DNA of 64,000 nucleotides from Macrostomum hystrix (Eukaryota; Animalia; Platyhelminthes): contig CATNEN010000005.1 in NCBI GenBank assembly GCA_950097015.1, forward strand, positions 3,286,001-3,350,000. The letters run 5' to 3'. Position 1 is the stretch's first letter, and every line of letters begins with the position of its first letter. The position numbers were made by a program, and so were the translations under genes. The notes under the pieces are model-generated. The model had not been told where the DNA came from and did not search any database. It saw only the letters and a program-made list of their open reading frames with translations. Positions 36,201 through 45,804 of the stretch are shown here, one piece after another.

Positions 36201-39200
36201 CGTGACTCTGGTTGCGGCTGGCTAAGGCAGGTGTGTTGTGCACCTGCCCGGCACGTTATCCAATTATTTAGAATGTACTGTGTATGTACGTGCTTTAAAC
36301 CTTTCTCTCCTATGTGCACGCGCGGAGTCAGTAGCTCCACCCCTAATACTGCTATCGATTTGATAAAAAAATAATATATAAAAGTCGCTGTTTCATCTCG
36401 TTGAGTGGTCGAGATTCGTTCTACAATCTTAAGCAAAGTCTTTACATTAACAGCATAGGACGATGGATTAACAGACTAAGATAAAGGATTAGCAGTCTAG
36501 GAAATCGGATTAACGGCCTAGAAAGAGATTAACAGTCTAGGAAAGGGGCATTTACAATCTATGGTAGGATTAACAGACTAGGATAAAGGATTAGCCGTCT
36601 AGGAAATCGGATTAACGGCCTAGAAAGAGATTAACAGTCTAGGAAAGGGGCATTTGCAATCTATGGTAGGATTAACAGACTAGGATAAAGGATTAGCAGT
36701 CTAGGAAATCGGATTAACGGCCTAGAAAGAGATTAACAGTCTAGGAAAGGGGCATTTGCAATCTATGGTAGGATTAACAGACTAGGATAAAGGATTAGCA
36801 GTCTAGGAAATCGGATTAACGGCCTAGAAAGAGATTAACAGTCTAGGAAAGGGGCATTTGCAATCTATGGTAGGATTAACAGACTAGGATAAAGGATTAG
36901 CAGTCTAGGAAATCGGATTAACGGCCTAGAAAGAGATTAACAGTCTAGGAAAGGGGCATTTGCAATCTATGGTAGGATTAACAGACTAGGATAAAGGATT
37001 AGCCGTCTAGGAAATCGGATTAACGGCCTAGAAAGAGATTAACAGTCTAGGAAAGGGGCATTTGCAATCTATGGTAGGATTAACAGACTAGGATAAAGGA
37101 TTAGCAGTCTAGGAAATCGGATTAACGGCCTAGAAAGAGATTAACAGTCTAGGAAAGGGGCATTTGCAATCTATGGTAGGATTAACAGACTAGGATAAGC
37201 GATTTGTAGCGTTTCATATTGAATTAGCAGTCTAAAGTTTATTCGGTGACTTTGAGAACATTGGGTTAAAAATTGAATCTGAACTACACGGCATAGCTGC
37301 TCACCTTCAACAGTCGATCGTACTCGTCCGCTTCGAACTGTTCGTTATTGAAATATTTAACAGTCTCGTAGTTAATCAACGAATCGATGGCGTGATTGCC
37401 AGCTAAATTATCGGCCTTATTCATCTGCTGACGAAATTTAGTGCGCCACTGGGTGAAGCTGAATGTGAAAGCGGCATAAGAGGCGATGCTGGCTACAGCC
37501 ACAGCGGCGTAGGCTGGCCCGCATTTGTACCATAGAATGCCGGTTACTAGGGACACTTCTAGAGCGGTTGGAGCGACGTTGAAGACTAGGGCGTTCAGAA
37601 TGTAATTGATGCCCCTGAGAAGGGATTGAGAATAGTAGGAGTTGAGCTTAGTTGATGCGTAATTTAAGTAGAGGGTTACCGATGGGAAGTTATTAGCCAG
37701 TGGAGTGAAAATCACATTAAAGGGAATAGTCAGCAGATGATGATTTGGGGAGGGGATATTTGGCCTACGTTGGGGAATAAATTTCCGGTTTTGGGAATAA
37801 TTTCCTAAATTAGAGGATAAGTTTCAAATTAGGGGATAACTTTTCAAACTGTTCGATATTTTTCCTACATAAGGTACAATTTTCAAAATTATAAGTTTGA
37901 TATAATTTTCTAAAATTCAGATATTTTTTCTAATTTCTGGTTCTAATGTTTCTTTAATGTTTTTCAAATATTCCATGTTTTTTTGCAAATTAGTGGATAA
38001 ATTTCCAAATTAGGGGATAATTTTCCTAATTTTGGGAAATATGTTTCAAAATCAGGGCTTATTTCCAAATTATGGGATTTTTCTTACAACTAGAGGATAA
38101 CTTTCCAACCTAGGAGGGTAAGTTTCCAATAATTTTCCGCAGCAATTATCACCTACATCTCCCAAGTCATCTGCACATACTGGCTATAGAAATATGCCCC
38201 ATGCTAATTAGATCAACTCACCTTGTTCCTCGATCAATTGCTCTAGACAGGGCGCCAGTCTGTCGATTCAAATGAAACTGCAGGTCTAAGCTGTGCAGAT
38301 GAAGGAAAACTGTTTTAGCGACGCGCCTAATAGAATCTTGAGCCACTTTGGCGAAAACTGCGTTGCGCAATTCGTTGAAACCGCTGGCGGTCGCCCTAGC
38401 AACACCGTATGAAGCGATTAAACCGGTGACAGTAAATAGTGCGGCAGCCACCACCGGTGCCCCGTCGCCAACAGCTGAGCCGATGGCTGTATGGGCCTCA
38501 TTAACACCATCCACTGCGTATTTGAATAAGAAGGGTACCTGGCAGAGGTGAATGAAAACTAATACTAGCATAGTTAAAAAAGCTAAGAGAATGGACAAGT
38601 TAGTAAAGCAGACAGACAGACAGGCTCTTTAAGACAAACATACTTTCAGGGACAAACGGACATTTAAGGACAGACAAGCTTCCAATGACAGATTGGTTTC
38701 AAAGGACAAGGACAGACAAGCTTCCAAGGTCAAGGACAGACAAGCTTCCAAGCACAAGGACGGACAAACTTCCAATGACAGATTGGTTTCAAAGGACAAG
38801 GACAGACAAGCTTCCAAGGACAGGAAACCTTCTAAGGACAGACAAGCTACCAAGGACAAGGACAGACAAGCTTCCAAGGTCAAGGACAGACAAGCTTCGA
38901 AGGACAAGGACAGACAAGCTACCAAGGACAGACAAGTTTCCAAGGACAGACAAGTTTCCAAGGACAGACAAACTTCCAAGGACAAGGACAGACAAGCTAC
39001 AGACAGACAAGGACAGACAAGTGAACTACTTTTCCAATAGAGAACTCGCCTGAACGTTGACCAGCTTAGAACCGGCTAGAAGACCGAGAGCCAGCAGTAC
39101 TCGCGCCCTTATGCCGGGTTTGTCTTTCGGCCAGACAAAGTTCAGCATGTACTTGACCGTGCCCCATTCTGTAGAGCTGCCAGAACGGCCCACACCGCCG

Positions 39201-39394
39201 ATGCTGTTATCGATGTGGCCTTGGGTGCATAGAACACGCTGCTGCTGCTGCTGCTTTCGCTCGTCTGTCAATTGTTGACGACGCGTTGCTAAGCAACGAC
39301 TGTACAATACTAGCCTGACAGTTGGCGGCGGTGGTAGCCTACTGAGAAGGTGACGGCCATTGGCCAGAGCCGATCGAGAACAAGCTATTAGAGG
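30270..39394 (-). CDS. ABCB7: Mitochondrial ABC transporter ABCB7/ATM1; exons 39394-39050, 38538-38222, 37614-37305, 34528-33944, 32603-32318, 30484-30270; the ATG must be spliced on
   Basis: [46 protein letters not shown], Walker [10 protein letters not shown], signature [16 protein letters not shown] and IAHRL. All splice phases are consistent. Confidence 0.95.
30550..32275 (+). repeat. 21-bp array (GCATTTAGGAAATCTGTGAAT) in ABCB7 intron 5
   Basis: Direct inspection. Confidence 0.97.
32650..33910 (+). repeat. 21-bp array (CAAGTAGAGAAACRTGTGAAT) in ABCB7 intron 4
   Basis: Direct inspection; the unit sequence drifts along the array. Confidence 0.97.
34640..36425 (+). mobile_element. Degenerate Ty3/Gypsy (Mag/K02A2.6-like) LTR retrotransposon fragment with a probable 3' LTR (36193-36425)
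   Basis: Protease-like LRTYSGE...LIGRDWL; RT motifs [41 protein letters not shown]. Frameshift near 35640; RNase H and integrase lost. The candidate LTR runs TGT...ACA after a short purine tract. Antisense within ABCB7 intron 3. Confidence 0.88.
36467..37197 (+). repeat. 102-bp tandem repeat (about 7 copies) built from five ~20-bp subunits
   Basis: Period of 102 confirmed (36569 to 36671); subunits of the form GATTARCRGWCTAG. Confidence 0.95.
37780..38130 (+). repeat. Highly degenerate AT-rich repeat (TAGRGGATAA...TTTCC-like) in ABCB7 intron 2
   Basis: Recurrent motifs visible, but the unit is poorly defined. Confidence 0.55.
38610..39020 (+). repeat. Composite array (AAGGACAGACAAGCTTCC plus AAGGAC) in ABCB7 intron 1
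   Basis: Direct inspection. Confidence 0.9.
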
Positions 39395-39464
39395 CTGAAT
39401 TTTTTATAATAAAAATAATGGTTAGTAACAATGGCGTCTTCAGATTTTATAACTCAGAATTGTG

Positions 39465-40260
39465 ATTCGGTAGGACATGGAACTGTGATTCGGTAGGACA
39501 TGAAACTGTGATTTGGTAGCTTTATGGAACTGTGATTTGGTAGCTTTCTGAAACTGTGATTTGGTAGGTTCCTGGAACTGTGATTTGGTAGCTTTCTGAA
39601 ACTGTGATTTGGTAGCTTTTTGAAACTGTGATTTGGTAGGTTCCTGGAACTGTGATTTGGTAGGTTCTTAGAAATGTGATTTGGTAGGTTCTTAGAAATG
39701 TGATTTGGTAGGTTCTAAGAACTGTGATTTGGTAGGTTCCTGGAACTGTGATTTGGTAGGTTCTTGGAACTGTGATTTGGTAGGTTCTTAGAACTGTGAT
39801 TTGGTAGGTTCTAAGAACTGTGATTTGGTAGGTTCTTGGAACTGTGATTGAGTAGGTTCTAAGAACTGTGATTTGGTAGGTTCTTGGAACTGTGATTTGG
39901 TAGGTTCTTAGAACTGTGATTTGGTAGGTTCTAAGAACTGTGATTTGGTAGGTTCTTGGAACTGTGATTGAGTAGGTTCTAAGAACTGTGATTTGGTAGG
40001 TTCTAAGAACTGTGATTTGGTAGGTTCTAAGAACAGTGATTTGGTAGGTTCTAAGAACTGTGATTTGGTAGGTTATTGGAACTGTGATTAGGTAGGTTTT
40101 TGGAACTGTGATTTGGTAGGTTCTTAGAACTGTGATTTGGTAGGTTCTTGGAACTGTGATTTGGTAGTTTTCTGGAACTGTGATTTGGTAGGTTCTTAGA
40201 ACTGTGATTTGTTAGGTTCTTAGAACTGTGATTTGGTAGGTTCTTGGAACTGTGATTTAA
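39465..40260 (+). repeat. 24-bp array (GAACTGTGATTTGGTAGGTTCTTA)
   Basis: Direct inspection; directly upstream of the ABCB7 first acceptor. Confidence 0.96.
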
Positions 40261-41258
40261 TAGCTCCTGAAACTCTTATTAAGTATTTTTGTAACTGTGG
40301 AAACTGTAAGAAATAAACAAAAAAGCATGAAAAAATCTACATGAATAAACACTTCGATTCAAACACGTGGCAATGTTGATGTCGTTATATTTATTGCACT
40401 TATTTAGTTTTTGTAGAAAACCGAAAAATTCGTTCAAATGAATTTGTTTTCGACGTGATAAAATGGGAAGAAAATAAACACAAAACTTGTGTTTCGAAAT
40501 GTTCATAGACTTTTGCCAAATACTCCTAAAAGCAAAATTACGCACCATTTTAAATTGATGCCAATAATAAATAAAAATTCAAGTCGTGCTTTAAATTGCC
40601 AGTTGAAATTGTTGGCGAAGGTCGTTGTACAATAAGTTGAGTCATACGAATAAAAATATATAAAGATTGGCCATGTTACAAATTGTAGCACATCGTCTTT
40701 TAAGTATTGTTTTCAATAACAAAATTATGTACATATTAAAGATAATAAATACAAACAAACTAGCAAATGTGTTTAAAAATACAAGATTTCTTTAACAAAC
40801 GAAATGCTTTCACATGCCATAAATATTGGATTGCTAATATTCGAATGCAAAATCCTTCGATAAAGGTTTACTTACTTAGCGGGACTAAGTAAATGAAATC
40901 TCTTCACCGATCTCTTAATAGTACAAAGACCACTGTACTGTAGACTACAAAGACTACAATTTATTAAAAAACTGACTACAGAATTGTAGCAAAATAGGGC
41001 ATTAGAAGACGCAAATACATTTTATTAAGCATAGATGATTAATACAAGTGTTAAGCTGTAAAGAGTTTTTACAATAAAAATTTTGGAAATATAAAAATAG
41101 AAATATATATAATATCGATCGATTCAAATACGCGAAAAATTACAATATTTGAAAAAAGAACACACGCAAACACACTAAGCAATTGAATACTTTTTTATTT
41201 GAAAACCAAATATAAAACACAAACAAAAACTTGGTCCATAAAGAATAGAAAGTTGCAG

Positions 41259-42737
41259 TCAGTTGGTTGGCGACTGTTTGATTTGATTGATAAACAGTTC
41301 AGCCGCTCTAGTCTTTTCGCCTAACTTTGCTTGACGCTTCTGCAGAAATTGCATCACCTCTTCAGACTGAAGCAAGCTCTGAGGGAGTCAGTGATCAGTA
41401 AGCATTAATTATATACGATCTACTGGTATCCCAGATCCTCATGCTAATCCACTGGTATCCCAGATCCTCATGCTAATCCACTGGTATCCCAGATCCTAAT
41501 GCTAATCCACTGGTATCCCAGATCCTCATGCTAATCCACTGGTATCCCAGATCCTCATGCTAATCCACTGGTATCCCAGATCCTCATGCTAATCTACTGG
41601 TATCCCAGATCCTCATGCTAATCCACTGGTATCCCAGATCCTCATGCTAATCCACTGGTATCCCAGATCCTCATGCTAATCCACTGGTATCCCATTTTAA
41701 AATGCTAATCATTTTACTCACATGATGACCCACATTAGAGGATAGGTAATGACCCACATTAGATGATAGGTAATGACCCACATTAGAGGATAGGTAATGA
41801 CCCACATTAGAGGATAGGTAATGACCCACATTAGAGGATAGATAATGACCCACCTTAGAGGATAGGTAATGACCCACATTAGAGGATAGGTAATGACCCA
41901 CATTAGAGGATAGGTAATGACCCACATTAGAGGATAGGTAATGACCCACATTAAGAAGACATGTTGAAGATAAGAGGACGTGGGATTTAGAACAGGTATA
42001 GAAATTAAAAAAATATGCATAACTCTGCAAGAAATTTAAAAAAAACTCACAAGCTTCTTCTCAATGAGAACCTCCTCTTGAAGTCGCCTATAGTACAGGG
42101 TTTGATCTGATTCCCCAGCGGAGGAAGCAGCAGCAGCGGCAGCGGCAGCAGAGGCATTGTTGGTTGTTCCGCCAGCGGCAGAAGAGCTCTTTCCCATAGC
42201 AGATTGGCCGCGATCGGTGAGCTTGTCAATTGAAGGCTCAATTTTTTCAATCTTCTCCAGTTTGGCGCCAGTATCTGACAATGGCAATGCAACATCCGGT
42301 TTCTGCTGATAAGGTCGATTCTCCGCTTTCCTACTGCTAATACTGTGCGTCGAAATTGAAGATGTTGGCGGTGCAGTTGAAAACGCCTGCAGATGAGACT
42401 GTTGAGGTACATGATGATGATGCGGATGTAGCACTCCGTACCCGAACGGTCCAAGTGGCGGCAGCATGGCAGCTGCGGGATGATGATAACCTGCAGCCGC
42501 TGCGGCGGCGGCAGCAGCAGCAGCAGCAGCCGCGGCAGCCGCGCTATAGCCGGCGCTAGGATGCGTTGGTGGAGGAAACGGCGTCGGAAACGGAGCACTG
42601 GCCGCTGCGGCAGCGGCCGCGGCTGCGGCATATGGCGAAGGTCGACCAGCGGCTGCAGCAGCCGCCGCGGCCGGATGATAGGAATAAGGCGGATAGGCCA
42701 AAGCCGCCGCTGAGTATTGGGCCGCTAGTGACTCCAT
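41259..42737 (-). CDS. Uncharacterised low-complexity protein (poly-Ala, Pro/Tyr/His-rich) with a helical C-terminus; exons 42737-42051 and 41378-41259
   Basis: Open frame with a phase-0 GTGAGT donor and CTCCCTCAG acceptor, giving ...LYYRRLQEEVLIEKKLSLLQSEEVMQFLQKRQAKL...PTN*. An acceptor at 42755 implies an upstream exon or a leader. Confidence 0.72.
41420..41695 (+). repeat. 29-bp array (CACTGGTATCCCAGATCCTCATGCTAATC)
   Basis: Period of 29 confirmed; about 9.5 units. Confidence 0.95.
41722..41955 (+). repeat. 24-bp array (ATGACCCACATTAGAGGATAGGTA)
   Basis: Direct inspection. Confidence 0.95.
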
Positions 42738-42769
42738 GGGGACAGAGGAAGCGGCTGCGGAGCACAGAG

Positions 42770-43170
42770 CAAGATTAGTGGATTAACAGAAGGATCTGGG
42801 ATATAATTAGATTAGCAGAAGGATCTGGGATATTAGTGGATAAGCATGAGGATCTGGGATATTAGTGGATTAGCATGAGGATCTGGGATATTAGTGGATT
42901 AGCAGAAGGATCCGGGATACCAGTAGATTAGAATTAAGGATTTGGGATACCAGTGGATTAGAATTAAGGATCTGGGATACCAATAGATTAGAATTAAGGA
43001 TCTGGGATACCAGTGGATTAGCATGAGGATCTGGGATACCAGTGGATTAGCATGAGGATCTGGGATACCAGTGGATTAGCATGAGGATCTGTGATATTAG
43101 TAGATTAGAATTAGGATCTGGGATATGAGTAGATTAGCATTAGGATATGGGATATTAGTAAATTAGCATC
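42770..43170 (-). repeat. Inverted copy of the 29-bp array (GATTAGCATGAGGATCTGGGATACCAGTG), more degenerate
   Basis: Exact reverse-complement units of 41420-41695, for example at 43010-43080. Confidence 0.93.
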
Positions 43171-45144
43171 AGGATTTACAATACAACTGTATCATAAGCA
43201 TGATGCAATAACATACAGTGTTATTTTTGTCAAAAAAATAAAACACCTCACAAAAACTCATGTCATTGTTAACTACTTTAAGTAAGATGCTAAACTACAT
43301 TTTGTATATGTAGAAAACCTATTGGTATAGCACTAGTGTTCAATCCTTTCTGTGGTAACTACTGTACTAATCATCAAAGTTTAGCCTATGCAACAAAAAA
43401 ACTAAAAATATAAAAAACTTTTGAATAAAATAAAAATAATAAATTAAAATAAATAAAAAAGACTAGTAAAAATGTTATTTCTAAAATTGAAAATGTGTGC
43501 CTCCACTTGGCAAAAATTAGTGTCCGCCCTCAAAAATTTTATATTTGCGCATAATTTAATTTGGCTCTAATATGGATCTCTATCATACTACTGATAGCAG
43601 AATATCAAGCTAAGAGTAGCTAACACTAACACTAATAGCATTTCTTGCAATCCAATTTGAATTGTTTGATACTTACTAAATCTCTACAATTTTTCTGTCT
43701 GTCTGGCTAGCTGAAATGGTCTACTAATTTGACCAATATTCATTGAATTTTTGCTCTAAGTTTGCAAATATAATTATAAAATGACAAAATAAGTGACGTG
43801 TGGGTTTAATGCCATGGTTTCAGATATTAACATATTTAAATTTTTTGTTACAGTTTGTTAGCCACATTATCAAGACTTATTGGTAAGTGTACTACTTGAA
43901 AATTTAATGGTTCCTTGACATTTCATTATCTGCCTTGTTGTCATCTTAAACTTTTGTCAACTTGCAATTGGCAACTCTTTAAGTTAGGTCAGTTGGTCAT
44001 CTATCAATAGAAACTACAGTGTTGACTTGATTAATAGTTACCAATGCATGCAGTATTTGAAAAAACTGAGGGCAATTTGTGAGTGTACAAGGCAAACACA
44101 ATTGTTTAAATTCATTTACTTAAAATCAGACCCTAAAAGTGATCATTATAATGCCGTAGGCCCTACAGTTAGTTGGTAGCCTATGCTTTAAGTTAGAACA
44201 GACTAGGGACAAGACAATAGCAGAGTTATGACTGTACAGATAGTTGTATATACATTTTGCTAGTTTCTCAAACAGTATTTGATGTTAATTTTGATTAACT
44301 TAGATATAGTTTAAATAGCTATGAAAATGAAAACAAAATTAAAATCAGCAATTCAAAAAAAACAAATAATTTGATATTATTAGTAAAAAAGTAAACTATT
44401 TAATAGTTGACCTCAGGCCAAAAATAAAAGTTATTTATATATATTGAAATAAAATGAAAAAATATACTAGGCTACTGATTGACGTGGTCAATTTTAAACT
44501 CTAATTTCACAATAGGTAATTCGTACAAACACACCAACACACACTCACACACACTAACACAGAGAGAGAGAGAGAAATTGTAAGCAAGCACACGCTTACA
44601 CTGGTGTGTAGGGTTAACAAGATGGTTAACAAGATTCGATTTGAAACTGGTAAATTGAGCTGAGTTTAATATTAATTGAGTGCGTCACTGGACATCAAGT
44701 TTCAACTCGATGCTAAAGTAAACATTGAAAAAATATTCTTTTATTCCTATAATGGGGACACGAAACGAACACAGAAACATGTGTAAAGTAGAATTAAGAG
44801 CGAAGTAGGTGCGCAAGCCCAGCTGAAGTTGTGTTCAGTCAAAGTTGAGCTTTTTTCGTTAAGTGCTCAATGGATTATTTAAACATTTCAAACATTCAAA
44901 CATTTCCGTGAAAAAACACGGTATAACAAAGTAAATGCTAATGTAGACATAGTACAATATTAATAGATTGAAAATCTATGCAGATAAAATGACTAGTTGT
45001 TGACTAAAATTTTTTTTCTAAGAATATAATCTCCTTTTCTTCTAGACATATTGTGCTCAGGTTTGCAATCCTCCATTTTTCATCTAACTCTCTTTAACAG
45101 ATTTAACAGATTTAACAGCCATTTAACTCTCTTTAATAGGGCTA

Positions 45145-45360
45145 CCAAGCCATTTGGCCGCCCGCTTACCAAGAGTTCACCCTGAATTTTTTTGGCAGTG
45201 CCTGAAAGCAAACAGCGCGTTGGGTGATGGTGGGTAGATTGGTGGATAGACTAGGCGAGTGCACGTGTGTCCTGTGGTTGAGCTGCATGTGCTTGATCAA
45301 TGAAATAGGAGAAATGATCCCGTCAGGGTGTCCATAGTAGACTATTTCCACCTGTTTTAT
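45145..45360 (-). repeat. Old dispersed repeat, copy 2
   Basis: Homologous to 27085-27290 in reverse orientation. Confidence 0.75.
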
Positions 45361-45804
45361 CCCTTAAAGGTCCAGCAGATCCGTCTAGATAAATGTAGGT
45401 GACCACCGAAGATATAGATAACTTAAAGGCACATTCGGCGGGTGAAATTCAGATAAATTTTATAATTAAAGTTATTATAATTGAATTACATCTACTAATA
45501 TCGTTTATTTTTAATATATCTGATGTTCTAGTAACCGCGAAGTAAAAACTCATTCTTCTCGGTCCTAGTTGTTTTTTTGCGATGCAATTCCCTTCGCGAT
45601 CGATGCGTACTTAGAAAGATCGAACTGCATGAACCAGCTGGCCAATGAAAAGAGGGCTTGTGGACATTTTTAGCTCATTCAGGCTTTGGCAATTCAGTAC
45701 TTTAGATTTCTCTTTTCTGATAAAGGCTAGTCTTGATGAAGAAGATGTCATTTCTTCAAAATGACAAATTACTCGAAAGGCTGACACTCTTCGGCAATTA
45801 AAAA

